Shown: positions 1-14,800 of the stretch, one piece after another
Layout of the letters: each line of letters starts with the position of its first letter
Position numbering within the stretch: the stretch's first letter is position 1
DNA from: Eledone cirrhosa
Lineage: Eukaryota
Reading direction: 5' to 3'
DNA length: 64,000 nt
NCBI GenBank assembly: GCA_964016885.1
Contig: OZ024743.1
Location: forward strand, 140,678,001-140,742,000
The notes under the pieces: model-generated
What the model saw: the letters and a program-made list of their open reading frames with translations, nothing else
Database searches by the model: none
Told to the model about the DNA's origin: nothing
Program-made: the position numbers and the translations under genes

Positions 1-900
1 AGCAAACACCAAGCAGCAAACACCAAACAGCAAACACCAAACACCAAACACCAAATAGCAAACACCAAACAGCAAACACCAAACAGCAAACACCAAACAG
101 CAAACACCAGACAGCAAACAGCAAACACCAAACACCAAACACCAAGCACCAAGCACCAAACACCAAGCACCAAGCAATAAGCACCAATCACCAAGCACCA
201 AGCACTAAACACCAAACACCAAGCACCAAGCACCAAGCACCAAACAGCAAGCACCAAGCACCATGCACCAAACGCCAAGCACCAAGCACCAAACACCAAG
301 CACCAAGCACCAAGCACCAAACACCAAGCACCAAAGACCAAGCACCAAATACCAAGCACCAAGCACCAAACACCAATCACCAAGCACCAAGCACCAAACA
401 CCAAGAACCAAGCACCAATCACTAAACACCAAACACCAAGCACCAAGCACCAAATACCAAACACCAAGCACCAAGTACCAAACACCAAACACCAAACACC
501 AAGCACCAAGCACCAAATCCCAAGCACCAAACACCAAGCACCAAGCACCAAACACCAAACACCAAGCACGAAGCACCAAGCATCAAATACCAAACACCAA
601 ACACCAAGCACCACACATCAAACACCAAGCACGAAGCACCAATCGCCAAGCACCAAGCACCAAGCAATAAACACAAAGCACCAAGCACCAAGCACCAAGC
701 ACCAAGCACCAAGCACCAAACACCAAGCACCAAGCACCCAACACCAAACACCAATCACCAAGCACCAAAGAGCAAACACGAAGCCCCAAGCACCAAACAC
801 CCAACACCAAACACCAAACATCAAACACCAATCACGAATCACAAAACACCAAACACCAAACATCAAACACCAATCACGAATCACCAAGCACCAAACACCA
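1..900. repeat. Diverged array segment with private variants, more like the middle/right domains than the adjacent domain A
   Basis: Contains TAGCAAA (~56), GAGCAAA (~770), CACCACA-CATCAAA (~609), CAATAAA and CACGAAT. Has a local 42-bp duplication (CATCAAA-CACCAAT-CACGAAT at 819 and 861). Lacks the CCCCATA cassette. Confidence 0.7.
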
Positions 901-1651
901 AACACCAAGCACCAAGCACCAAGCACCAAGCACCAAACACCAAGCACCAAGCACCAAGCACCAAACACCAAGCACCAAGCACCAAACACCAAACACCAAG
1001 CACCAAACACCAAGCACCAAACAGCAAGCACCAAGCACCAAGCACCAGACACCAAGCACCAAGCACCAAACACCAAACACCAAGCACCAAGCACTAAACA
1101 CCAAACACCAAGCACCAAGCACCAAGCACCAAGCACCAAGCACCAAACACCAAGCACCAAGCACCAAACAGCAAACACCAAGCACCAAACACCAAACACC
1201 AAGCACCAAGCACCAAACACCAAACACCAAACACCAAGCACCAAGCCCCAAGCACCAAACACCAAGCACCAAGCACCAAACACCAAGCACGAAGCACCAA
1301 GCACCATGCACCAAACACCAAGCACCAAGCACCAAACAGCAAACACCAAACAGCAAACACCAAACACCAAACACCAACCAGCAAACACCAAACACCAAAC
1401 ACCAAACAGCAAACACCAAACAGCAAACACCAAACACCAAACAGCAAATGCCAAAAAGCAAACGCCAAACCCCAAACGCCAAACAGCAAATGCCAAACCC
1501 CAAACGCCAAACAGCAAACGCCAAGCGCCAAACGCCAAACACCAAGTGTCAAGCACCAAACACCAAACACCAAGCACCAAGCACCAAGCACCAAACACCA
1601 AACACCAAGCACCAAGTACCAAACACCAAACACCAAGCACCAAACACCAAA

Positions 1652-1735
1652 CAGCAAACGCCAAAAAGCAAACGCCAAACCCCATACGCCAAACAGCAAA
1701 TGCCAAACCCCAAACGCCAAACAGCAAACGCCAAG
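1652..1735. repeat. Representative 84-bp (12-heptamer) cassette
   Basis: CAGCAAA CGCCAAA AAGCAAA CGCCAAA CCCCATA CGCCAAA CAGCAAA TGCCAAA CCCCAAA CGCCAAA CAGCAAA CGCCAAG. Near-identical copies have CCCCATA at 2345, 4332, 4710, 5368, 5781 ... 24536, then 47632, 52292, 54881, 57164, 60556, 62782. Confidence 0.95.
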
Positions 1736-4229
1736 CACCAAACACCAAACACCAAGCGCCAAGCACCAAACACCAAACACCAAGCACCAAGCACCAAACA
1801 CCAAACACCAAGCACCAATCACCAAACACCAAGCACCAAGCGCCAAGCACCAAACACCAAACACCTAGCACCAAGCACCAAGCACCAAACACCAAGTACC
1901 AAACACCAATCACCAAGCCCCAAGCACCAAACACCAAGCGCCAAGCACCAAACACCAAACACCAAGCACCAAGCACCCAGAACCAAGCACCAAGCACCAA
2001 ACACCAAGCACCAAGCACCGAGCACCAAACACCAAGAACCAAGCACCAAGCTCTAAACACCAAACACCAAACACCAAGCACCAAACACCAAACACCAAAC
2101 ACCAAACACCAAACAGCAAATGCCAAAAAGCAAACGCCAAACCCCAAACGCCAAACAGTAAATGCCAAACCCCAAACGCCAAACAGCAAACGCCAAGCGC
2201 CAAATGCCAAACACCAAGCGCCAAGCACCAAACACCAAACACCAAGCACCAAGCACCAAACACCAAACACCAAGCACCAAGTACCAAACACCAAACACCA
2301 AGCACCAAACACCAAACAGCAAACGCCAAAAAGCAAACGCCAAACCCCATACGCCAAACAGCAAATGCCAAACCCCAAACGCCAAACAGCAAACGCCAAG
2401 CACCGAACACCTAACACCAAGCGCCAAGCACCAAACACCAAACACCAAGCACCAAGCACCAAACACCAAACACCAAGCACCAATCACCAAACACCAAGCA
2501 CCAAGCGCCAAGCACCAAACACCAAACACCTAGCACCAAGCACCAAGCACCAAACACAAAGTACCAAACACCAATCACCAAGCCCCAAGCACCAAACACC
2601 AAGCACCAAGCACCAAACACCAAACACCAAGCACCAAGCACCCAGAACCAAGCACCAAGCACCAAACACCAAGCACCAAGCACCGAGCACCAAACACCAA
2701 GAACCAAGAACCAAGCACTAAACACCAAACACCAAGCACCAAGCACCAAACACCAAACACCAAGCACCAAACACCAAACAGCAAACGCCAAAAAGCAAAC
2801 GCCAAACCCCATATGCCAAACAGCAAATGCCAAACTCCAAACGCCAAACAGCAAACGCCAGGCACCAAACACCAAACACCAAGCGCCAAGCACCAAACAC
2901 CAAACACCAAGCACCAAGCACCAAACACCAAACACCAAGCACCAATCACCAAACACCTAGCACCAAGCACCAAGCACCAAACACCAAGCACCAAACACCA
3001 ATCACCAAGCCCCAAGCACCAAACACCAAGCACCAAGCACCAAACACCAAACACCAAGCACCAAGCACCAAGGACCAAGCACCAAACACCAAGCACCAAG
3101 CACCGAGCACCAAACACCAAGAACCAAGCACCAAGCACTAAACACCAAACACCAAGCACCAAGCACCAAACACCAAACACCAAGCACCAAGTACAAAACT
3201 CCAAACACCAAACACCAAGCACCAAGCACCAAATCCCAAGCACCAAACACCAAGCACCAATCACCAAACACCAAACACCAAGCACCAAGCACCAAACTCC
3301 AAAAACCAAGCAGCAAGCACCAAGCACCTAACACCAAACGCCAAACACCAAACACCAAGTACCAAGCACCAAACACCAAGCACCAAGCGCCAAAGACCAA
3401 ACACCAAGCACCAAGCACGAAACACCAAGCACCAAGCACCGAGCACCAAACACCAAGTACCAAGCACCAATCACCAAACACCAAGCACCAAGCACCAAAC
3501 ACCAAACACCAAGCACCAAGCACCAAGCATCAAGCACCAAGCACCAAACACCAACCACCAAGCACCAAACACCAAACACAAAACAACAAGTACCAAGCAC
3601 CAAACACCAAACACCAAACACCAAACACCAAGCACCAAGCACAAGACACCAAGCACCAAGCACCAAGCACCAAGCACCAAGCACCAAAAACCAAGCACCA
3701 AGCTCCAAGCACCAAACACCAAGCACCAAACACCAAACACCAAGCACCAAGCACCAAACACCAAGCACCAAGCGCCAAACACCAAACACCAAGCACCAAG
3801 CACCAAACACCAAGCACCAACCACCAAGCACCAAACACCAAGCACCAAGCACCAAGCACCAAGCACCAAGCACCAAACACCAAGCACCAAGCACCAAACA
3901 GCAAACACCAAGCACCAAACACCAAACACCAAGCACCAAGCAACAAACACCAAACACCAAGCACCAAACACCAAGCACCAAGCCCCAAGCACGAAACACC
4001 AAGCACCAAGCACGAAACACCAAGCACCAAGCACCAAGCACCATGCACCAAACACCAAGCACCAAGCACCAAACAGCAAACACCAAACAGCAAACACCAA
4101 ACAGCAAACACCAAACAGCAAACACCAAACAGCAAACACCAAACAGCAAACGCCAAACCCAAACGCCAAACAGCAAACGCCAAGCACAAAACACCAAACA
4201 CCAAGCGCCAAGCACCAAACACCAAACAC

Positions 4230-7090
4230 CAAGCACCAAGCACCAAACACCAAACACCAAGCACCAAGTACCAAACACCAAACACCAAGCACCAAACACC
4301 AAACAGCAAACGCAAAAAAGCAAACGCCAAACCCCATACGCCAAACAGCAAATGCCAAACCCCAAATGCCAAACGGCAAACGCCAAGCACCAAACACCAA
4401 ACACCAAGCGCCAAGCACCAAACACCAAACACCAAGCACCAAGCACCAAACACCAAACACCAAGCACCAATCACCAAACACCAAACACCAAGCGCCAAAC
4501 ACCAAACACCAAACACCTATCACCAAGCACCAAACACCAAACACCAAGCACCAATCACCAAGCACCAAGCACCAAACAGCAAACACCAAGCACCAAACAC
4601 CAAACACCAAGCACCAAGCACCAAACACCAAACACCAAGCACCAAGTACCAAACACCAAACACCAAGCACCAAACACCAAACAGCAAACGCAAAAGAGCA
4701 AACGCCAAACCCCATACGCCAAACAGCAAATGCCAAACCCCAAATGCCAAACGGCAAACGCCAAGCACCAAACACCAAACACCAAGCGCCAAGCACCAAA
4801 CACCAAACACCAAGCACCAAGCACCAAACACCAAACACCAAACACCAAGCACCAATCACCAAGCACCAAGCACCAAACACCAAGCACCAAACACCAAGCA
4901 CCAAGCACCAAGCACCAAGCACCAAACACCAATCACCAAGCCCCAAGCACCAAACACCAAGCACCCAGCACCAAACACCAAACACCCAGAACAAAGCACC
5001 AAGCACCAAACACCAAACACCAAGCTCCAAGCACCAAACACCAAACACCAAGCACCAAGCACCAAGCACCAAACACCAAACACCAAGCACCAATCACCAA
5101 ACACCAAGCACCAAGCGCCAAACACCAAACACCAAACACCTAGCACCAAGCACCAAGCACCGAACACCAAGCACCAAGCACCAAGCACCAAGCACCAAGC
5201 ACCAAACACCAATCACCAAGCCCCAAGCACCAAACACCAAGCACCAAGCACCAAACACCAAACACCAAGCACCAAGCACCAAACACCAAACACCAAGCAC
5301 CAAGCACCAAGCACCAAGCACGAAACACCATACACCAAACAGCAAACGCCAAAAAGCAAATGCCAAACCCCATACGCCAAACAGCAAATGCCAAACCCCA
5401 AACGCCAAACAGCAAACGCCAAGCACCAAACACCAAACACCAAGCGCCAAGCACCAAACACCAAACACCAAGCACCAAGCACCAAACACCAAACACCAAG
5501 CACCAATCACCAAACACCAAGCACCAAGCGCCAAGCACCAGACACCAAGCACCAAGCACCAAACACCAAACACCAAGCACCAAGCACTAAACACCAAACA
5601 CCAAGCACCAAGCACCAAGCACCAAGCACCAAGCACCAAACACCAAGCACCAAGCACCAAGCACCAAGCACCAAGCACCAAGCACCAAGCACCAAACACC
5701 AAACACCAAGCACCAAGTACCAAACACCAAACACCAAGCACCAAACACCAAACAGCAAACGCAAAAAAGCAAACGCCAAACCCCATACGCCAAACAGCAA
5801 ATGCCAAACCCCAAATGCCAAACGGCAAACGCCAAGCACCAAACACCAAACACCAAGCGCCAAGCACCAAACACCAAACACCAAGCACCAAGCACCAAAC
5901 ACCAAACACCAAGCACCAATCACCAAACACCAAACACCAAGCGCCAAACACCAAACACCAAACACCTATCACCAAGCACCAAACACCAAACACCAAGCAC
6001 CAATCACCAAGCACCAAGCACCAAACAGCAAACACCAAGCACCAAGCACCAAACACCAAACACCAAGCACCAAGTACCAAACACCAAACACCAAGCACCA
6101 AACACCAAACAGCAAACGCAAAAGAGCAAACGCCAAACCCCATACGCCAAACAGCAAATGCCAAACCCCAAATGCCAAACGGCAAACGCCAAGCACCAAA
6201 CACCAAACACCAAGCGCCAAGCACCAAACACCAAACACCAAGCACCAAGCACCAAACACCAAACACCAAGCACCAATCACCAAGCACCAAGCACCAAACA
6301 CCAAGCACCAAACACCAAGCACCAAGCACCAAGCACCAAGCACCAAACACCAATCACCAAGCCCCAAGCACCAAACACCAAGCACCCAGCACCAAACACC
6401 AAACACCCAGAACAAAGCACCAAGCACCAAACACCAAACACCAAGCTCCAAGCACCAAACACCAAACACCAAGCACCAAGCACCAAGCACCAAACACCAA
6501 ACACCAAGCACCAATCACCAAACACCAAGCACCAAGCGCCAAACACCAAACACCAAACACCTAGCACCAAGCACCAAGCACCTAACACCAAGCACCAAGC
6601 ACCAAGCACCAAGCACCAAGCACCAAACACCAATCACCAAGCCCCAAGCACCAAACACCAAGCACCAAGCACCAAACACCAAACACCAAGCACCAAGCAC
6701 CAAACACCAAACACCAAGCACCAAGCACCAAGCACCAAGCACGAAACACCATACACCAAACAGCAAACGCCAAAAAGCAAATGCCAAACCCCATACGCCA
6801 AACAGCAAATGCCAAACCCCAAACGCCAAACAGCAAACGCCAAGCACCAAACACCAAACACCAAGCGCCAAGCACCAAACACCAAACACCAAGCACCAAG
6901 CACCAAACACCAAACACCAAGCACCAATCACCAAACACCAAGCACCAAGCGCCAAGCACCAGACACCAAGCACCAAGCACCAAACACCAAACACCAAGCA
7001 CCAAGCACTAAACACCAAACACCAAGCACCAAGCACCAAGCACCAAGCACCAAGCACCAAACACCAAGCACCAAGCACCAAGCACCAAGC
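4230..7090. repeat. Tandem duplication of a ~1.42-1.45 kb block (2 copies)
   Basis: CCCCATA markers pair at offsets 1449 (4332/5781), 1428 (4710/6138) and 1421 (5368/6789), all multiples of 7. Identical ORFs occur at 4933/6354, 5213/6634 and 5360/6781. Confidence 0.9.
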
Positions 7091-8949
7091 ACCAAGCACC
7101 AAACACCAAGCACCAAGCACCAAACAGCAAACACCAAGCACCAAACACCAAACACCAAGCACCAAGCACCAAACACCAAACACCAAACACCAAGCACCAA
7201 GCCCCAAGCACCAAACACCAAGCACCAAGCACCAAACACCAAGCACGAAGCACCAAGCACCATGCACCAAACACCAAGCACCAAGCACCAAACAGCAAAC
7301 ACCAAACAGCAAACACCAAACACCAAACACCAACCAGCAAACACCAAACACCAAACACCAAACAGCAAACACCAAACAGCAAACACCAAACAGCAAACAC
7401 CAAACACCAAACACCAAACAGCAAACGCCAAAAAGCAAACGCCAAACCCCATACGCCAAACAGCAAATGCCAAACCCCAAACGCCAAACAGCAAACGCCA
7501 AGCACCGAACACCAAACACCAAGCGCCAAGCACCAAACACCAAACACCAAGCACCAAGCACCAAACACCAAACACCAAGCACCAAGCACCAGACACCAAA
7601 CACCAAGCACCAATCACCAAACACCAAACACCAAGCACCAAACACCAAACACCAAACACCTATCACCAAGCACCAAGCACCAAACACCAAGCACCAAACA
7701 CCAAGCACCAATCACCAAGCACCAAGCACCAAACACCAATCACCAAGCCCCAAGCACCAAACACCAAGCACCCAGCACCAAACACCAAACACCAAGCACC
7801 AAGCACCCAGAACAAAGCACCAAGCACCAAACACCAAACACCAAGCTCCAAGCACCAAACACCAAACACCAAGCACCAAGCACCAAGCACCGAACACCAA
7901 GCACCAAGCACCAAGCACCAAGCACCAAGAACCAAACACCAATCACCAAGCCCCAAGCACCAAACACCAAGCACCAAGCACCAAACACCAAACACCAAGC
8001 ACCAAGCACCAAACACCAAACACCAAGCACCAAGCACCAAGCACCAAGCACCAAACACCATACACCAAACAGCAAACGCCAAAAAGCAAACGCCAAACCC
8101 CATACGCCAAACAGCAAATGCCAAACCCCAAACGCCAAACAGCAAACGCCAAGCACCAAACACCAAACACCAAGCGCCAAGCACCAAACACCAAACACCA
8201 AGCACCAAGCACCAAACACCAAACACCAAGCACCAATCACCAAACACCAAGCACCAAGCGCCAAGCACCAGACACCAAGCACCAAGCACCAAACACCAAA
8301 CACCAAGCACCAAGCACTAAACACCAAACACCAAGCACCAAGCACCAAGCACCAAGCACCAAGCACCAAACACCAAGCACCAAGCACCAAGCACCAAGCA
8401 CCAAGCACCAAACACCAAGCACCAAGCACCAAACAGCAAACACCAAGCACCAAACACCAAACACCAAGCACCAATCACCAAACACCAAACACCAAGCGCC
8501 AAACACCAAACACCAAACACCTATCACCAAGCACCAAGCACCAAACACCAAGCACCAAACACCAAGCACCAAGCACCAAGCACCAAGCACCAAACACCAA
8601 TCACCAAGCCCCAAGCACCAAACACCAAGCACCCAGCACCAAACATCAAACACCAAGCACCAAGCACCCAGAACAAAGCACCAAGCACCAAACACCAAAC
8701 ACCAAGCTCCAAGCACCAAACACCAAACACCAAGCACCAAGCACCAAGCACCAAACACCAAACACCAAGCACCAATCACCAAACACCAAGCACCAAGCGC
8801 CAAACACCAAACACCAAACACCTAGCACCAAGCACCAAGCAGCGAACACCAAGCACCAAGCACCAAGCACCAAGCACCAAGCACCAAACACCAATCACCA
8901 AGCCCCAAGCACCAAACACCAAGCACCAAGCACCAAACACAAAACACCA

Positions 8950-9350
8950 AGCAACAAGCACCAAACACCAAACACCAAGCACCAAGCACCAAGCACCAAG
9001 CACCAAACACCATACACCAAACAGCAAACGCCAAAAAGCAAACGCCATACCCCATACGCCAAACAGCAAATGCCAAATCCCAAACGCCAAACAGCAAACG
9101 CCAAGCACCAAACGCCAAACAGCAAACGCCAAGCGCCAAACGCCAAACACCAAGCGCCAAGCACCAAACACCAAACACCAAGCACCAAGCACCAAACACC
9201 AAACACCAAGCACCAAGCACCAAGCACCAAGCACCAAACACCATACACCAAACAGCAAACGCCAAAAAGCAAACGCCATACCCCATACGCCAAACAGCAA
9301 ATGCCAAATCCCAAACGCCAAACAGCAAACGCCAAGCACCAAACACCAAA
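8950..9350. repeat. Local 231-bp (33-unit) duplication with private variants
   Basis: The variants CGCCATA-CCCCATA and TCCCAAA occur together at ~9043-9085 and again 231 bp downstream. I did not see them elsewhere. Confidence 0.85.
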
Positions 9351-11899
9351 CACCAAGCGCCAAGCACCAAACACCAAACACCAAGCACCAAGCACCAAAC
9401 ACCAAACACCAAGCACCAATCACCAAACACCAAGCACCAAGCGCCAAGCACCAGACACCAAGCACCAAGCACCAAACACCAAACACCAAGCACCAAGCAC
9501 TAAACACCAAACACCAAGCACCAAGCACCAAGCACCAAGCACCAAGCACCAAACACCAAGCACCAAGCACCAAGCACCAAGCACCAAGCACCAAACACCA
9601 AGCACCAAGCACCAAACAGCAAACACCAAGCACCAAACACCAAACACCAAGCACCAAGCACCAAACACCAAACACCAAACACCAAGCACCAAGCGCCAAG
9701 CACCAAACACCAAACACCTAGCACCAAGCACCAAGCACCAAACACCAAGCACCAAACACCAATCACTAAGCCCCAAGCACCAAACACCAAGCACCAAGCA
9801 CCAAACACCAAACACCAAGCACCAAGCACCAAGGACCAAGCACCAAACACCAAGCACCAAGCACCGAGCACCAAACACCAAGAACCAAGCACCAAGCACT
9901 AAACACCAAACACCAAGCACCAAGCACCAAACACCAAACACCAAGCACCAAGTACAAAACTCCAAACACCAAACACCAAGCACCAAGCACCAAATCCCAA
10001 GCACCAAACACCAAGCACCAAGCACCAAGCACCAAACACCAAGCACCAAGCACCAAGCACCAAGCACCAAGCACCAAACACCAAGCACCAAGCACCAAAC
10101 AGCAAACACCAAGCACCAAACACCAAACACCAAGCACCAAGCACCAAACACCAAACACCAAACACCAAGCACCAAGCCCCAAGCACCAAACACCAAGCAC
10201 CAAGCACCAAACACCAAGCACGAAGCACCAAGCACCATGCACCAAACACCAAGCACCAAGCACCAAACAGCAAACACCAAACAGCAAACACCAAACACCA
10301 AACACCAACCAGCAAACACCAAACACCAAACACCAAACAGCAAACACCAAACAGCAAACACCAAGCACCAAATCCCAAGCACCAAACACCAAGCACCAAG
10401 CACCAAGCACCAAACACCAAGCACCAAGCACCAAGCACCTAGCACAAAGCACCAAGCACCAAACACCAAGTACCAAACACCAATCACCAAGCCCCAAGCA
10501 CCAAACACCAAGCACCAAGCACCAAACACCAAACACCAAGCACCAAGCACCCAGAACCAAGCACCAAGCACCAAACACCAAGCACCAAGCACCGAGCACC
10601 AAACACCAAGAACCAAGCACCAAGCACTAAACACCAAACACCAAGCACCAAGCACCAAACACCAAACACCAAGCACCAAACACCAAACAGCAAACGCCAA
10701 AAAGCAAACGCCAAACCCCATATGCCAAACAGCAAATGCCAAACTCCAAACGCCAAACAGCAAACGCCAGGCACCAAACACCAAACACCAAGCGCCAAGC
10801 ACCAAACACCAAACACCAAGCACCAAGCACCAAAGACCAAACACCAAGCACCAATCACCAAACACCAAGCACCAAGCGCCAAGCACCAAACACCAAACAC
10901 CTAGCACCAAGCACCAAGCACCAAACACCAAGCACCAAACACCAATCACTAAGCCCCAAGCACCAAACACCAAGCACCAAGCACCAAACACCAAACACCA
11001 AGCACCAAGCACCAAGGACCAAGCACCAAACACCAAGCACCAAGCACCGAGCACCAAACACCAAGAACCAAGCACCAAGCACTAAACACCAAACACCAAG
11101 CACCAAGCACCAAACACCAAACACCAAGCACCAAGTACAAAACTCCAAACACCAAACACCAAGCACCAAGCACCAAATCCCAAGCACCAAACACCAAGCA
11201 CCAATCACCAAACACCAAACACCAAGCACCAAGCACCAAACTCCAAAAACCAAGCACCAAGCACCAAGCACCAAACACCAAACGCCAAAAACCAAACACC
11301 AAGTACCAAGCACCAAACACCAAGCACCAAGCGCCAAAGACCAAACACCAAGCACCAAGCATGAAACACCAAGCACCAAGCACCGAGCACCAAACACCAA
11401 GTACCAAGCACCAATCACCAAACACCAAGCACCAAGCACCAAACACCAAACACCAAGCACCAAGCACCAAGCATCAAGCACCAAGCACCAAACACCAACC
11501 ACCAAGCACCAAACACCAAACACAAAACAACAAGTACCAAGCACCAAACACCAAACACCAAACACCAAACACCAAGCACCAAGCACAAGACACCAAGCAC
11601 CAAGCACCAAGCACCAAGCACCAAAAACCAAGCACCAAGCTCCAAGCACCAAACACCAAGCACCAAACACCAAACACCAAACACCAAGCACCAAACACCA
11701 AGCACCAAGCGCCAAACACCAAACACCAAGCACCAAGCACCAAACACCAAGCACCAACCACCAAGCACCAAACACCAAGCACCAGGCACCAAGCACCAAG
11801 CACCAAGCACCAAACACCAAGCACCAAGCACCAAACAGCAAACACCAAGCACCAAACACCAAACACCAAGCACCAAGCAACAAACACCAAACACCAAGC

Positions 11900-14800
11900 A
11901 CCAAACACCAAGCACCAAGCCCCAAGCACGAAACACCAAGCACCAAGCACGAAACACCAAGCACCAAGCACCAAGCACCATGCACCAAACACCAAGCACC
12001 AAGCACCAAACAGCAAACACCAAACAGCAAACACCAAACAGCAAACACCAAACAGCAAACACCAAACAGCAAACACCAAACAGCAAACGCCAAAAAGCAA
12101 ACGCCAAACTCCAAACGCCAAACAGCAAATGCCAAACCCAAACGCCAAACAGCAAACGCCAAGCACAAAACACCAAACACCAAGCGCCAAGCACCAAACA
12201 CCAAACACCAAGCACCAAGCACCAAACACCAAACACCAAGCACCAAGTACCAAACACCAAACACCAAGCACCAAACACCAAACAGCAAACGCAAAAAAGC
12301 AAACGCCAAACCCCATACGCCAAACAGCAAATGCCAAACCCCAAATGCCAAACGGCAAACGCCAAGCACCAAACACCAAACACCAAGCGCCAAGCACCAA
12401 ACACCAAACACCAAGCACCAAGCACCAAACACCAAACACCAAGCACCAAACACCAAACAGCAAACACCAAGCGCCAAACACCAAACACCAAACACCTATC
12501 ACCAAGCACCAAGCACCAAACACCAAGCACCAAACACCAAGCACCAAGCACCAAGCACCAAGCACCAAACACCAATCACCAAGCCCCAAGCACCAAACAC
12601 CAAGCACACAGCACCAAACACCAAACACCAAGCACCAAGCACCCAGAACAAAGCACCAAGCACCAAACACCAAACACCAAGCTCCAAGCACCAAACACCA
12701 AACACCAAGCACCAAGCACCAAGCACCAAACACCAAACACCAAGCACCAATCACCAAACACCAAGCACCAAGCGCCAAACACCAAACACCAAACACCTAG
12801 CACCAAGCACCAAGCACCGAACAGCAAGCACCAAGCACCAAGCACCAAGCACCAAGCACCAAACACCAATCACCAAGCCCCAAGCACCAAACACCAAGCA
12901 CCAAGCACCAAGCACCAAACACCAAACACCAAGCACCAAGCACCAAACACCAAACACCAAGCACCAAGCACCAAGCACCAAGCACCAAACACCATACACC
13001 AAACAGCAAACGCCAAAAAGCAAACGCCAAACCCCATACGCCAAACAGCAAATGCCAAACCCCAAACGCCAAACAGCAAACGCCAAGCACCAAACACCAA
13101 ACACCAAGCGCCAAGCACCAAACACCAAACACCAAGCACCAAGCACCAAACACCAAACACCAAGCACCAATCACCAAACACCAAGCACCAAGCGCCAAGC
13201 ACCAGACACCAAGCACCAAGCACCAAACACCAAACACCAAGCACCAAGCACTAAACACCAAACACCAAGCACCAAGCACCAAGCACCAAGCACCAAGCAC
13301 CAAACACCAAGCACCAAGCACCAAGCACCAAGCACCAAGCACCAAACACCAAGCACCAAGCACCAAACAGCAAACACCAAGCACCAAACACCAAACACCA
13401 AGCACCAAGCCCCAAGCACCAAACACCAAGCACCAAGCACCAAACACCAAGCACGAAGCACCAAGCACCATGTACCAAACACCAAGCACCAAGCACCAAA
13501 CAGCAAACACCAAACAGCAAACACCAAACACCAAACACCAACCAGCAAACACCAAACACCAAACCCCAAACATAAACAGCAAACGCCAAGCGCCAAACGC
13601 CAAACACCAAGTGCCAAGCACCAAACACCAAACACCAAGCACCAAGCACCAAGCACCAAACACCAAACAGCAAACGCCAAAAAGCAAACGCCAAACCCCA
13701 TACGCCAAACAGCAAATGCCAAACCCCAAACGCCAAACAGCAAACGCCAAGCACCAAACACCAAACACCAAGCGCCAAGCACCAAACACCAAACACCAAG
13801 CACCAAGCACCAAACACCAAACACCAAGCACCAATCACCAAACACCAAGCACCAAGCGCCAAGCACCAAACACCAAACACCTAGCACCAAGCACCAAGCA
13901 CCAAACACCAAGTACCAAACACCAATCACCAAGCCCCAAGCACCAAACACCAAGCGCCAAGCACCAAACACCAAACACCAAGCACCAAGCACCCAGAACC
14001 AAGCACCAAGCACCAAACACCAAGCACCAAGCACCGAGCACCAAACACCAAGAACCAAGCACCAAGCTCTAAACACCAAACACCAAGCAACAAGCACCAA
14101 ACACCAAACACCAAACACCAAACACCAAACAGCAAATGCCAAAAAGCAAACGCCAAACCCCAAACGCCAAACAGTAAATGCCAAACCCCAAACGCCAAAC
14201 AGCAAACGCCAAGCGCCAAACGCCAAACACCAAGCGCCAAGCACCAAACACCAAACACCAAGCACCAAGCACCAAACACCAAACACCAAGCACCAAGTAC
14301 CAAACACCAAACACCAAGCACCAAACACCAAACAGCAAACGCCAAAAAGCAAACGCCAAACCCCATACGCCAAACAGCAAATGCCAAACCCCAAACGCCA
14401 AACAGCAAACGCCAAGCACCGAACACCAAACACCAAGAACCAAGCACCAAGCACTAAACACCAAACACCAAGCACCAAGCACCAAACACGAAACACCAAG
14501 CACCAAGCACCGAGCACCAAACACCAAGAACCAAGCACCAAGCACTAAACACCAAACACCAAGCACCAAGCACCAAACACCAAACACCAAGCACCAAACA
14601 CCAAACAGCAAACGCCAAAAAGCAAACGCCAAACCCCATACGCCAAACAGCAAATGCCAAACTCCAAACGCCAAACAGCAAACGCCAGACACCAAACACC
14701 AAACACCAAGCGCCAAGCACCAAACACCAAACACCAAGCACCAAGCACCAAACACCAAACACCAAGCACCAATCACCAAACACCAAACACCTAGCACCAA

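Noticed and set aside
1524-1532. GCGCCAAA (TTTGGCGC, E2F-like) and TGCCAA (NFI half-site) motifs recurring in the array
   Set aside because: Each is one or two substitutions from the consensus unit and is multiplied by block duplication. There is no promoter or gene context.
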